Shown here in pieces: positions 11,990 to 25,384 of a DNA stretch of 64,000 nt (positions within the stretch are counted from its first letter, which is position 1; every line of letters begins with the position of its first letter). The translations under genes were made by a program, and so were the position numbers. The stretch lies in the NCBI GenBank assembly GCA_965603825.1, contig CBFDEM010000046.1, positions 62,001-126,000 on the forward strand, in the 5' to 3' direction. Source of the stretch: Blepharisma stoltei ATCC 30299. Taxonomy: Eukaryota > Protista > Ciliophora. The notes below the pieces were generated by a model. That model had not been told where the DNA came from. It ran no database searches and saw only the letters and a list, made by a program, of their open reading frames with translations.

Positions 11990-13086
11990 ATGAATAAAAT
12001 GGAAAAGATAGAAAATTTCGAAGATTGTAGATTCATTTCTCAAGCGAAGCTCACAGAACAGTATGAAGCTTTAAAGCAAAAAATACTTTTTGTCAATCAG
12101 TTTTTGATTGAAGATTCTAAAGATCAGGCTGAAGGAATTTTAGAATCTCTAAGCTCACTTGTTAGTTTTTTTCAGAATATTGACTGTTTGTATTATAATT
12201 CTATTGATATTCTAGAAGATACTTCAAGTGATAAAAGTTGGATAGATTTAGCAAGCAGTTTGTGTTTTACTTATAACTTCCCAGAAGCAGATTTTTCTTG
12301 CTATTCTATATTTAATAAACTTCTGCTGTTTTACAATTTTGCATCCAAAATCATATTTTAATTTTTTTTTTGTAATATAATTCTGGAAGTTTATTGAAAA
12401 GGTTATATAAATTTAAAAATGGAGATCACTACATAGGACAATGGAAAAATGGGAAATTCAGTGGCAAAGGACTTTATCATTTCAAGGAAGAAAAAAACTA
12501 CGAAGTAAGATTTCACAATAATGCTGCAGGTGATGGCAAAAATAACTATTTAAATAAAAATATATACTGAGGATCCTTTGTAGATGGGCTGAAAGACGGC
12601 TGGGGAATACAAATATTTGCAAATGGGAATAAATACAAAGGTAAATGGGAAAATGATTTGCCAAATGGGAAAGGGAAATTTTGGTACACGCTTGGAGATT
12701 ATTGTGAGGGCGTATTTTTTAACGGCAAGCTAGCTGGCAAAGGAACAGAAAAATATGAGAATGGCGATATTTACAAAGGAGGATTTATTGATGGCCTAAA
12801 GTATGGACACGGTGTATATGTTTTTGCTTGTGGAGGCTATTATGAAGGAGACTGAAAAGATGATGAAAAACATGGAAAAGGGAAAATGGTCTATAAAAAA
12901 GGTGGATATTACGAAGGAGAATGAAGAAATGATGTCAAAAACGGTTTCGGACATGAGGTTTTTGCAAATGAAGAATCTTATGTTGGGTATTTTAAAAATG
13001 GCCTAAGGAGTGGCCAAGGAAAATATTACCTTAGTTCTGGAATTTGGACAGAAGGGTTATGGGAGAACGATAAATTTTTAAGCTAA
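11990..13086 (+). CDS. MORN-repeat protein, interrupted near 12360-12375 (pseudogene, indel or separate upstream ORF)
   Basis: Frame open from 12376 has about 9 YxGx[W/F]xxxxxxGxG repeats with TGA at Trp sites 12853 and 12922; upstream ORF 11990-12361 is in another frame. Confidence 0.65.
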
Positions 13087-13156
13087 TTAATGAGTATTTA
13101 TTTATATGCATTTCTAATGTAATTTCTTCTTCAATAAGCTATTAAAGCTTATTAAA

Positions 13157-13843
13157 ATGGCCGGGAATAGAGAAAACCCACTATCAGCTTTACAGCCTGA
13201 AGAATATTTAGAAAAAACTGGCGTCACTGCTGTGCTTAAAGACCTCATGACAGTTTTACTAGAAAACCGCCCAGAAAACCCCGTCCAATTCATCTCAGAA
13301 TATCTAAAAACTTCATCCCAGTCCTGCACAGGGATTTTAAAAAGCTATAAATTAATCAAATTATGCAGAGAAGAGCACGACTCTTTTATGGACAACCTTG
13401 TAGCTGCTTATATGAATTTAGACTCAAAAAGAGGTGGAAACAACGCAGGACTGACTGGCAGCGAATATTTAAAGTTGATAAGGATGCTATGTCTGGATTT
13501 TCCAAGCGAAATTGTAGAAGAAGTCCTTGGAGTTCTAGGGAAGCGAGAGTCTGATGTGGTGGTTTTTGAAGAATTTATTGCAGGGATACAGACTGTGCTT
13601 TTGTATGAAGATTTTCTGGTTGAGGCAGAAACAATTTTTCATTATTTAGATAGGGAAAACCAAGGACGAATTAGTGTGCAGAAGTTTTTTAAGGCGATTG
13701 ACAAGCTGAACTTGTATAAAACAGGTTTAAGGGTCCCGCCGACTGATGATATAAAAAGTGTAATGAGGACGCTTACTATTGATCCTCAAGGGTCAATAAA
13801 TTTTGAAGAATTTGCTTTGGCGCTATTTAAAACTACAATTTAA
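13157..13843 (+). CDS. TPGS1: Tubulin polyglutamylase complex subunit 1-like (RIIa/Dpy-30 docking motif + EF-hand-like C-terminus)
   Basis: EEYLEKTGVTAVLKDLMTVLLENRPENPVQFISEYL; FMDNLVAAY; GLTG..Y..LIRMLCLDFP. Confidence 0.75.
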   Translation: MAGNRENPLSALQPEEYLEKTGVTAVLKDLMTVLLENRPENPVQFISEYLKTSSQSCTGILKSYKLIKLCREEHDSFMDNLVAAYMNLDSKRGGNNAGLTGSEYLKLIRMLCLDFPSEIVEEVLGVLGKRESDVVVFEEFIAGIQTVLLYEDFLVEAETIFHYLDRENQGRISVQKFFKAIDKLNLYKTGLRVPPTDDIKSVMRTLTIDPQGSINFEEFALALFKTTI

Positions 13844-14334
13844 AATAACTTTGTGAAATAATGATAAATAAATATAGATTATATAAAGCAGTAATTATAT
13901 GCAAGATATTTGCAAATTATACAAATAATATAAAAAATTGCCTGGATTAGCGCATTGCTATAGGAAAATATTTTACCAGAGGATTTTTGAATCTTTCCCC
14001 ATCTTTACTTGCGACTAAAAATAGTTGATAAAAATATGGAAGACGCCTAGAAATCTTTCAGGTGCTCTCCATCTCTCAAATCGTTTAATTCATCCATTTA
14101 ATTCCTTACTTATTCCTTATACCTTCCAGGAAACATGTATATCCTTGCCTATCCCTTGAAATTCCCAGAAACTGGCTCTTAGTCATTGCTTAGTCTAAAT
14201 TACCTATGAGAATTGGATAGTCGAGATCCTGGCTGTTCCAAATAAAAAAGCGCGAAAAATACTCTTTATGCCCACAGTGAGTCTGTCTAAGCCAAAATTA
14301 AAAACCATGGCCAGATAGCTAATTCTAAAAATTA

Positions 14335-14814
14335 ATGGGCAATAAAGCATCTCAACTTGACTCAAACCAGATTGAGATCATTTTATCCCCAGATGAACTG
14401 CGGAGGTCGACGAACGCATTTTACGTTTTTGACCAAGCTGGCCTTGGAGAAATTGAGATTGGCCAAATTGCAAGAATGATGCAGGGACTAGGCCACACCT
14501 TTTCATACACAGAAATTAGGGCTATGATAGAAAAAGCGAAAATAAAGCGAACTTTTACATTAAATCAGTGGCTGCAAATGCAAGCACGAAGAAAAATTGA
14601 GATGCAATTCAAAGAGAAAGTGGTTGACGCCTACAAGGACTTTGAAAGATGCGGATCAAGCAAGATGAGCCTTACTGATGTCAGAGAAACTGTGGCATCG
14701 CTAGAAGGTGACCTTTCGCCAGCTAGGGCTGAGGAGATTTTGAGAGAATCAGTAAAAGATGAGCCAGTCAGTCCAAGGTTCAATGAGTTCATTAAGGTTG
14801 TCGTTGGCAAATAA
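14335..14814 (+). CDS. N-myristoylated divergent calmodulin-like EF-hand protein (paralog 1)
   Basis: MGNKAS; AFYVFDQAGLGEI; calmodulin-length with degenerate loops. Confidence 0.75.
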   Translation: MGNKASQLDSNQIEIILSPDELRRSTNAFYVFDQAGLGEIEIGQIARMMQGLGHTFSYTEIRAMIEKAKIKRTFTLNQWLQMQARRKIEMQFKEKVVDAYKDFERCGSSKMSLTDVRETVASLEGDLSPARAEEILRESVKDEPVSPRFNEFIKVVVGK

Positions 14815-15312
14815 TGATAAATTAACTTTTTTCAATAAAATTGCCTGAACTTTGTATGAGGTTTTTTTATTCGTAACCGATGAATTTGAATTTTAACGTA
14901 AGCAAAGAAGTTTTGATAAGAAATGCACAGATATTGACTTTTTAGGAAATAAATAAAGAAACAGGCAATAGTCTAAAAGAAGGATTAGAAATTTTAAAAA
15001 TAATTTAAATTTTAAAGCTAATTTACCCATAAATCAATAAATTTTAAAGACTATTATCTCTTTAATATTATATTAAATTGATTTTCACCAATCAGTCAAA
15101 TATTCAGTAATTGCAACATCATATCTAATGATATCTCATTTCAGCCATAGCTGATAATTTATTCCTCTTTTCCTATATAAATTCTCTTATTAACTCTCCC
15201 TAAAATTCTTCATCCCAGCATTATTTCATTTCCCCTCTTCAAAACCTCCAAAACTTCCTCCCTCACAATAAGAAAATTCTAGTCAATCTACTCAAACCCT
15301 TATAATAAATAA

Positions 15313-15795
15313 ATGGGAAACAAGATTTCTAAATCAAACCAGAGCCAAAATGCAAGCATATTGACTCCAGAACAAATTCAAGAATACACTGAAGCCTTCT
15401 ATATCTTCGACCAAGCTGGAGATGGCGAAATCGAAGTTGCAAGCATATGGCCCATGATGAGTGCATTAGGTCAGTGCATTCCGAATACTGACCTACGCAG
15501 ACTTATGGCCTATGCGAAGGTAAAAAACACCTTTTCCTTAAAACAATTTTTAAAAATCCAAGAAATGCGACTAGTTGAACAAAAAATCAAGGAAAAATTG
15601 GTAGAAGCCTTTAAATGCTACGAAGTAGGAGGAAACTTCGAAGAAACCTTCGACAATATAAAAAACACCCTGGAAGAGGCACAAATTGACTTATCAATGG
15701 GGAAGTTTGAAGAACTGGCACGGGAAACTCTAGAAGGAGAAGGCGATTACCGATATGAAGAATTCCTAAAAATGGTCACAAATAAAGTTGGGTAA
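15313..15795 (+). CDS. N-myristoylated divergent calmodulin-like EF-hand protein (paralog 2)
   Basis: MGNKIS; LTPEQIQEYTEAFYIFDQAGDGEI; YEEFLKM; clear similarity to 14335-14814. Confidence 0.78.
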   Translation: MGNKISKSNQSQNASILTPEQIQEYTEAFYIFDQAGDGEIEVASIWPMMSALGQCIPNTDLRRLMAYAKVKNTFSLKQFLKIQEMRLVEQKIKEKLVEAFKCYEVGGNFEETFDNIKNTLEEAQIDLSMGKFEELARETLEGEGDYRYEEFLKMVTNKVG

Positions 15796-15843
15796 TTTCT
15801 GTATTTTTTAATGATAATTAATAAATTATGTGTAATAATCTCC

Positions 15844-17211
15844 CTAACTAGGCGCTTTATCGCCCATAAGCAATCCTTTTATCTGTTCTTTTGAAAGTCC
15901 TTTGGTCTCGACCATATCAATTTTAAAATAAATAAAACTCAGCAAGCTAACTCCTGCAAAAAACCAAAAACTGCCAGCTAAAGTGATATATTTTATCATA
16001 AAAGGGGCAAAAAAGGTGACTAAAGTAAAGCAAAGCCAGTTTACACAGATGGAGACCCCACACAATTTATCGTTCAAAATTTCTCCGCTGTATAAAAAAC
16101 AGATTGTACCAACTAGGGTAAAAAATAATTTATAGACCATCACCATTGTAACGACTCCTACCACCCAAGCTGAGCTAAGATCGCAGAAAATTCCTGCCAA
16201 AAGCAAAGAAAATCCCATGCCTAAGCATCCTATTTCGTATAACTTTTTTCTTCCTGACCTGTCTACGAGTTTCTGCACTACAATGACAGAAAGAAATTCA
16301 CAAACTCCTGTTAATAAGGTAAAAATCCTTGCAAGCATTGTGGAGTGAAATAAATCTTCAAAAATACTTGTGGAATAAAAGGCTACCATATCGACTCCTG
16401 TCATTTCTTGGGTGAAATTTACCATAACTCCTAGCCTTAATGCATGCCAGTATTTCCCTGTTTTTAGCATCTGCCTTAAAGATTGTCCTTTTTCTTCATT
16501 TATTTCGTCATTTTTCATTAGCCATGATGGGTTTGGATCTGAGTATAGGTTTATCCTAAGCAGCTCAGCATCGGATTCTCTATTTTGAGACTTTAATCAA
16601 TAAGGTGTATCAAGTTTAAATACAAATAAAAACATAAAAAACTGGATTGAGCACATAATAATTTGAAATCCGAACATAAACATTCAAAAATAATTCATAG
16701 GGTGCTTAGAATAGTTGTCTTCAGGCAATAGAAAACCGAAAGCATACGATACTACTAAGCCAATTGATAGCTGAAATTCAGTAAGGGCTCCAATTTTTCC
16801 GCTCATTCGAGGCGGGGAAATTTCACTTAAATAAACTGGTGGGACTGTTGAAAAAAATCCAACAGCAATTCCGGATAGGAATCTCCCTATTGCAAATGTT
16901 GCGGTGTATGGGATTATTGTTATTAGTGCTGCTATAGCTCCAAGGATATCAGCGAACATCAATGCTTTTCGACGTCCGTATTTGTTTGCAGTGACTCCAG
17001 CATATACTGCACTCAGAAGAGCACCGACTGGGATTAATGCTGAGAATAAAGCTATGAAAAGGTCTTTGTTGTCGCCTCAGCCTAGAGTAGAAGACACATT
17101 TTCTTGACAAGTATTGAAAACACCTACGTTGTAGCCGAATAAAAACCCTCCAATGCTTGCATTTATACTCATAGCTCATATGGCAATATTGTTATATTGT
17201 TTAATAAGCAT
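15844..17211 (-). CDS. MFS sugar porter (GLUT-like) transporter, 455 aa
   Basis: One frame with 4 TGA=Trp; GGFLFGYNVGVFN, KYGRRKA, PVYLSEISP, QEMTGV...FYS, DRSGRK, ETKG. Confidence 0.92.
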
Positions 17212-17847
17212 TTTATATAATTATAGAGCTCAGAAGCCTTAAAATATTTTAATTATTAAGAGAAATCCGAAAATTTTTGCTTAGTTTGTAGTACAGTTGA
17301 AAATAAACAATGATTAGAATGATTTAGGCTTCAGTATATGGACTGGTGAATTTTTTATATAAGTTGCCAAAGATATTCCACATTTTTAATAATAAAATAC
17401 AAAAATAAATATCCAAGTTTACTAGTAAATTTTCTTTGTTATTATTCTTTATATGAAAGATTAGCATCAATGATAAATTATTAAGCTTCGACTTTATAGT
17501 GTTGCAAATATCAATTTCCAACATAATGGTGCTTTGGCACCAAAAGTTGGAATTTTCTTATCCTGAGTTTTTTGCAAAAAAGTTCAAATGGGTAAATATG
17601 CATCAGTGTTATTCCTTACGGTTATACCTATTAAAGTGAATATGAAGAGGATTGAAGCTTTTAGACGTGGAGAATATGGAGACGGCACATGGAGGATTTA
17701 TATAAATCTATGAAATATTCATTGAAATCAATTCCAAGAAATAGCTTGCTTTTCAGTTGAATATTATGATAAATTAATAAGCAGAGACTGCACTTTTTGA
17801 AACTTAAAATTATCTAATATGGAATTATGATATATTAAAGAATTGTT

Positions 17848-20800
17848 ATGGCCTTTTCTACTAAGTCATTCATAGCACGAAGAAGAACCCTCAAACTTCC
17901 AGAGCTTTCAGAGTCTGACGCTGCCTGGAGAGTTTTCAATTCCATGGACCCTAAGAATTTAGCTAATTTTCTTCCTATTGCCCGAGTATTTGATAGAGAT
18001 TTGGCATCTCATGACTGTGAAGAATTTATTTGTCCAAAACAGCTTGTATCTGCATTAGTTTCAGCAATCTCTGAATGTATTTCGAATTGTTCCAAGCGAC
18101 TTCAATCACAAACCTCAAATGATACTCGAGCAAATGACTGAAAAATCATCTTTCGTGAAACAATTGCCAATTTATCTCCTCTTATGAGAATCTTTCAGTA
18201 CATTCTTCTGCGCAACGACGGGAGCATCAAAATCGATAATGAAATTATGGAAGAAATGATCGTCTTTTTGCAGAGACTTAAAGCGTATTCTGATGATGCA
18301 GATTTAGAATTAAACAATATGATTTTAAGGCTTTATTTTGCGTTTTCAGAAGTGATTTATTTGTATGCGGTTTGTAAGAGGAAAAAGCATGGAGATAGCG
18401 AAGCGAAATTGTTTAATAGGATTTACCAAACTTTTGAAACCTTACTTATGGAGCTAATTACGGACCCACATCTACGATATTTTGCTTTAGAGCCTGCAGA
18501 GGCAGATGGGAGAGAACTTAAATATAGCAACAAATTTAAATTAGAGTCCCAATATGTTGATTTGGTCCTTTATCATATTTTTTCTTTAAATCAACTATGC
18601 AAGATGTCGCCTTCTTCGGCTGTGACTAATTCAGCTGCAGAAATTTTACCAAAAATCTTAGAATTTTTACTAACAATTGACGAATTCATAAAAATTCAAA
18701 ATTCGCCCAAAACAGACCTTGCGATCCAAAAATCAATTGCAGTCCTCAGCTTTTTAAACTCCATCTGCAACTTGACAGCCAGACAAGAACAAGGGAATAT
18801 TTTTTTGCGAAACCACAACGACAAGCTGAAAAGGATTTATTTTTACTGCGTTCATAACTATTTGAAATATTTTTACTCTTCTTCAGCTTCCCATTTTGAT
18901 ATAGAAGAAGGGCTTATAGGTCTTCTTTATAAGCTGCTTTTCGATGTTTTACCATCAAATATCATAAATACAGATTTAGAAGGCCTCCCTGTGATTTTAT
19001 TTTCAATTTTAGTACAAAAAGACATTTCAGACGAGCTAGTCCATCATCCTCCACAAATCCAAGCCTATACATTGCAATTTTTAGAAAAATACATATCAAT
19101 GATAGGGAGAAAAAGAACTGAGTCAAAAAATTTTAATATGAAAGAATTTGGGCTGATTGGGTTGCTATTTTCTCAGCCGTTTTTTGAAATTGAACAGTCA
19201 AGAAACGACGATGATTTAGATTTTGCTTTTGTGGCAGCTGAAAGCTGGGAGCAGCTATGGAAATTTGTATCAGGGATTCCTATGCATTTAGATTTAGTCT
19301 CCAATTCTATTGTCCATCAAATCAAAATTAACCATGAAGATTTTAGTTATTTACTAAAAATGAACAGATGGATACAAGAACAATTCGAAATTAACCAAGA
19401 TTTAACTGAATCCTGCTTACGAAATGGCCTAATTGAAGGCATTTTCAACGTAATCATCAGCATAAAGCGCTCCAATGAAAATCTCGACCACTTAACTACA
19501 TTTTTTATAATGATAAAAGCTATGCTTGAGCTCTATGACGTCTCACAATTCACTGACACAGTCGCCCTGCTCAGCTTAATGATGCAAGAAAACCTTCTTT
19601 TTGACCCTCTGACGTCAGATTTATGCTTAATCTGTATAGCTCGCATTCTCAGATACCAAAATAAATCCAGCTATCAAAAATTCCAAACAATTTTGAGAGA
19701 AGTCACAGACCTTTCTATCAATATAAACCTATTAAATGCAATGCAAGAAGCCTTAAAAGAGTCCTCCACAAAGCGGCACTGCCAAGAACGATTTGTAGCT
19801 GCTGGGGCTTTAAGTACTTTAAAAGACAAATTAACATGCCAATACACTAATTACTCAAAGGATCAAATTATAGGACTCTGGGCAAGTGTACTTGAATGTG
19901 TAAGGTTTTTAATTGAGGACAACCCAACCTGCAAAAAACAAATCCATAAATTTGATTTTAGTGCCATAGCGAATACTATAAGATCATCCTCATACGAAAG
20001 CTTAAAAAGTGATATTTATATGAAATCTATAGAATCACTGCTTTATATTCTGTTTGAGACTAATAACTTAGGCCAAAAAGAGCCTTTAAATGTAAAAACG
20101 CCTGAGGTAATTCCATTGATAATTGAGCTGCTTACAGATTCCAATAGTAATGAATTTTACAGTTATATAAAAAATTCAGTTGAAGACGAAATAAATGCAG
20201 CACATTTTGCGAGCAGAAGGACAACAGATTTATTGCTAGACGCTTTATGTAAACACTGCTCACAGCATTTATTGGAGTTTATAGAGACCATGCTTTCCAA
20301 AGTAATTTGCCACCACATCACGCCTCAAGAGCTGAAAAAAATAATTGATATTGCCAGAGCTACAGGCTATGACCATGAAAAGCAGCTAGTGCTCTACCGA
20401 GGGTTATCAGAGGCAATCCACTACTCATTTTGTGACATCGACCACATAAAATTCGAAAAAACCCACAAAGGACTGTCCCCGACACGATTTTTTTGCTTTA
20501 GATACCCTAGAAGTTTTTTACGTTGCAGTAACAATGAAGATTTTTCTTTTATTCCAAAAAAAGAATTTACGATTTTTACATGAATTTATCCAGAAACTGA
20601 TGATAACTGCTGCTTGATGGAATTTACTGATAGAAAAAATTGCAGCTTGGTTGTAAGTTTGGTAAAAAGAAATTTTACAAGTTTAAGTGTGGAGTATTTT
20701 GAAGGAAAAAGCGTTTACAAAGTGTGGAGCTCCAAACCTATCGCCATAAAACAATGGAACTTAATTGGGATCACGCTAAATAAAGTCGCGAAATTTATGA

Positions 20801-23800
20801 ATACCTCAATTATGGGCTTTAAATGTGAAATAAATATTTTTGTTAACAATGAATTCAGTGAAAAAACCTCAGAAGGCAGCGTTTGTCCTCCAAAGGAATC
20901 TTTAACTCAGCTTACCCTTGGCAACAATTCAGACCTTAGAGCGCCATTTTATGGTCGTATGACTTCTATATATGTCGGTAATAAATCTTTTCTGGCCCAT
21001 CATTATGTCCAAATCTATGAGTATTCTTTTCAATATGCCTTGGACTACTGCCCATTTTCAATATCTACTTCTGAATCCCTCAACTCAAATAAAACAATCC
21101 TAAAAGAAATTTGGAATTCCTTTATTTTCCAATGAAATCCCCGCAGCCATGCTCCAGAATGCTCAGTTGACAAGCTTGATATAAAAGACGAATGCGAAAG
21201 ATTTAACGGAGTCACAGTGCTAGAAGCAATAGCGGCTAATGGAGGGCTAAAAATATTAATGCCATTAATAAAAGAAGGCTTTGAGGCAGGAATGGACAAT
21301 TCAGCAATTTTATTGATAAATATTATAGGAGAAATCTGCCAGGCACAGTCATTGGAAAGTATTATAAGCAGTGAATTTTTTGATTTATTAGGCCTTATTT
21401 TGGAAGAATCGGTAAGAGAGCCTAGCGTGGACTACTTAGAGGCAGCTAAAAATATCATAGCAAAGCTCAGCTGAAATGAAGAATACCAAGCCCAGGCTTT
21501 TAAAAGCTTGATTTTTAATAAAAAAATATGGTGGGTTGATTTATCCCCTGATCTTCAAGACAATTATTTAGGGACCCTTTCTTTATATGTCCAGAAATAC
21601 TTTAAAGCCAATTTTAATGACTTATATTATATATACACCCATTTGAGCTATTTTAAAGGAAAATCAGAAAAATTTTTGGACTCTTTTATAGTGATTTTAG
21701 AAAATATTTTACCGAGGGAAATTGACTATCAAAATATTGAAGCTTTGTCATCAATTTTATTTAGGATTTTAGACCAAAAAAGCAATGAAAAGCTATTTTC
21801 TTTATTTTTAGATTTTTATAATAAGCATTTGAAAATTCCTAGAGAGCCTGCTATAGAAATCAGCATAATGATACTGCATTTAATGTGTGGGGAGCCTGTA
21901 TCTGAATTTGTCTCAAATATTGAGACTATTTTGGCCCAATCTCTTCCTGATAGTTTAATACCTACAAGTGTAGGAGAAGCTCCTAATGCCCAAGGAATGG
22001 CTTTTCTTGATTACATATCAAAAAAAGACCAAGAGCTAAACGACCAAAAATTAGAAGAGCAAAATAAAGAAAAATTTAAAATTCTGCTGCGGAACCGCTA
22101 TGAGCAATTTTTAAAATATCACAAAAAGACTAACAACGTTTTACAAGGCAGCTATTTCGGAAAAATCAAACTACGCGCAGTTTTAGACAAATCTGGGAGG
22201 ATGCCTTTTACTGAGCACAGCTTAAAGCATGATCAATCTCAACAAAGAGACTCTTCATTAATGATCCCTCGCCCTTCCCAAGACCTCGGCAGACTTTCTC
22301 TAATTACTTCAGGCCCAGAAGAATCCACCCCCAGAAACCGTTGCAATTCTGTCTTTGATAACGAAACTGAAATTTCTGACGAAAACCCCATCAACACCTT
22401 AGAGCCTACACAAACAGTCAAACTTGAATGTGAAAGAATAAAAATCAGCGAAAGCATCTACGGGTCCCTCGAAATTTCTCAAAATTATTTATTATATATA
22501 AGTGAAGGCAAAAAAAAACCGACCTCTGACGACTATTTTGGAAGCGCTTTATTGTTCACACAAGTTCAAAGAGAATGCAAAAAAATATGGGAAACTGAAG
22601 AAATTTCTGAAGTTTTTGTAAGGCGGTTTATTCACCAACATAGGGCTATTGAGATATTTTTAGAGAGTGGGAAATCAGTGTATTTTAATTTTTTTAAAAA
22701 AGAGGACTGTGATTTGGCTATTTCCACGATGAAAAGTTGGATAAAGCAAGGTGTGGTTATTATTGATGAAAACCAGAGGCAGAAAAAGCTGAAGGAATAC
22801 ACAAAACAATGGAAGTTTGGGAAGCTCACCAATATGGAGTATTTATTGGTTTTGAATAAATTCGCAAGTCGGTCTTTTAATGATATGAGCCAATATCCTA
22901 TATTTCCTTGGGTACTCAATAATTACTCCTCAAAAACGCTGAATTTTGAAGACGAAAGCATGTATAGAGATTTTACTTATCCAATAGGTGCCCAAACTGA
23001 AGCGAATAGAATCGAAGTCAATAAAAAATACAATATGTGGAAAGACGAAGACGTCAAGCCTTTCCATTATGGCTCTCATTATTCCTGTGGAGGGGTTGTG
23101 CTGCATTATTTAGTCAGGCTTTATCCATTTACCTTGCAAGCTCAAAATTTGCAGGGAGGAAAATTTGATATCCCTGATAGGCTATTTTACTCAATACAAG
23201 CAGCCTGGGAGTCAGGCCAAGGCACCAGTGGGGATATAAAAGAACTGGTCCCTGAGCTTTTTTATTTACCTGAAGTATTCATCAATAAAAATAAAGAAAA
23301 TTTTGGCATAAGACAAGGACCTGAAGCAGTCCCTGTCAATGATGTAGAGCTGCCTGCGTGGGCTAAAAATCCATTAGATTTCATTAGAAAGCACCAGCTT
23401 GCTTTAGAGTCTTCTTATGTCAGTAAAAACTTGCCTAATTGGATTGATTTAATTTTTGGTGAGAAACAAAAAGGCCCAAAAGCTGTGGCAGCCTATAATA
23501 CATTTTGCTCAATTACTTATGAAGAAACTTTACAAAAGTTATTAGAAAGAAAATCTGAAGAAGATATAGGATATTTACAAGGAATTGTTGAGCAGGTAGT
23601 CCACTTTGGCCAAGTCCCAATCCAGCTGTTTGGTAGCCCACATCCACAAAAAGACGAAAAATCAAAATCTTTGAGCATTTTTGATAAAACAAAGATAAAT
23701 GGCTGGGAAGGCAGCGAGGTAAGAGGAATCGAGCTTAAAGGGACGATTCATGCGACTTTCTGCACTACAGACTCTTTAATTGCTATAAAAGGCTTTGGAA

Positions 23801-24783
23801 ATCGTCTTGGCTTTGTGAAGCTAAAAATGAGAAAAGATCCAGAAGACTTAAAAATTGATTTTAACAGTTATAAAGACGTAGTGTTAGAAGGGACTTCAAA
23901 TTTGCAGCTTTCTAACTGGGAAGAAGGTGCCCAGTGGAAATATACATTTTCAGCAGCATTAGAAACCAAAGTGATCCTTGAAAAAGGCCCTCAACAGTAC
24001 TGTTTATGGAATGATGAGTTTATTGTATCAGGATTTCACATAGACAACTCCTTCAAAATACACAACCTCAAAGGGAAAATTGTCCTTTCCGTTCACCATC
24101 ACGCTGGACTTGTCACTTGTGTAGCTTCCTCTACATCATTGATTTTCTCAGGCTCATTAGACACTTCAATAGTATCCTGGAGCTCCTTAGACCAACGAAA
24201 CGACAAAATAAAGCCATATAATATATACTTAGGCCACACAGAAGCAATTAGACAACTTGCGACCTCAAATAACTACCAAATCCTCATTTCCTTATCAAAT
24301 AACGGCACAATCTTAATCCACGATACCCGCTCTGCCGAATGCTTTAGAAAACTGACAGAAGCCAGTGAAAATCCATGTAAATTTATATCATTCAGCAACT
24401 TTGGAATTCTTGCCTGCTATTTTCCTAATGATATGATAAATTTCTACACAGTGAATGGAGAAGAAATGATAAAGCCAATAAAAACTGACAAACAAATATT
24501 TTGTATGCAGTTTAGCAAGTCAGGTGATGAACTCTTGGTAGGTGGAAATGATTTTATGGGGTATTACGATATATATAAAGAAAGCGAAGAGGATGAAGAT
24601 AATAGTAAAGGTGTTTTTAGGGTTATGGCTGTACCTGTGGTGTCAGCAAGCTATCCAAAAGATCAAGATTTTATTGTGTGTGGGCAAAATTCAGAGGAAA
24701 AATCAAATATTATGGCGATTGAAATTTATGCAAAAGAAGTAAGGAAAAAAGGAGTTGTTGGGTTCGCGTCGTCTTTAGTTTAA
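17848..24783 (+). CDS. BEACH-domain protein (neurobeachin/LYST family: ConA-like, PH-BEACH-WD40), 2311 aa
   Basis: Five in-frame ORFs joined by TGA at 18139, 20581, 21133 and 21472; SRSFNDMSQYPIFPWV, HYGSHYS, KELVPELFY, WIDLIFG, FGQVPIQLF; C-terminal WD40. Confidence 0.93.
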
Positions 24784-24952
24784 TTTGAAAGGGAGACATT
24801 CTAATGATAAAAATTAATTTATTTGTGGTAAAATTATGAAAAATTCAACAGGATTGATTGAGCTATATAGAAAATTAATTTTACTTTCTAGTCTAATTTC
24901 TAAATGATGGAAAATTCTATGATAAAAGTTTAAATTAAATCAATTATTCTTA

Positions 24953-25384
24953 TTAGTCATCAGGAGGCATCCCATATAAAACACAAGCTGCTGAGTATCT
25001 ACTATATTTCACTTTTTTCTTAGGTTTTGGCTCCTCGTTCTTTTTTGGCAAAAATGCCCCAGTCGGGCCGCGCTCTCTTTTGCATGCGTGCTTATGTCGA
25101 GATTCATGCTTATACGGCTTTTTAGGCTTTGTAGCTGAGTTTTCTTGCTGTCGGGTTTTCGCTACTCTTCGTTTCAGTATCCTTTCGTATTGCCTCGCAT
25201 TTACAAAAACTGGCTCCTCTTCAAGCATATTGGTGGGAAGCATGCACTTCATGGGAGCTAAGGAATCTAACAGAAAAGGAGATTCTGAAAGAGTCTGTAA
25301 GGCGGGAGGTTGCTGTTCTTGGCACATCTTTGTAAAATGAGGGTAAGTTGGCATATGATTTCGAGCTGAATTCTGATTGGCCAT
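24953..25384 (-). CDS. NFYA: CCAAT-binding factor subunit NF-YA/HAP2
   Basis: PVFVNARQYERILKRR and KPYKHESRHKHACKRERG. Confidence 0.9.
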   Translation of the reverse strand: MANQNSARNHMPTYPHFTKMCQEQQPPALQTLSESPFLLDSLAPMKCMLPTNMLEEEPVFVNARQYERILKRRVAKTRQQENSATKPKKPYKHESRHKHACKRERGPTGAFLPKKNEEPKPKKKVKYSRYSAACVLYGMPPDD

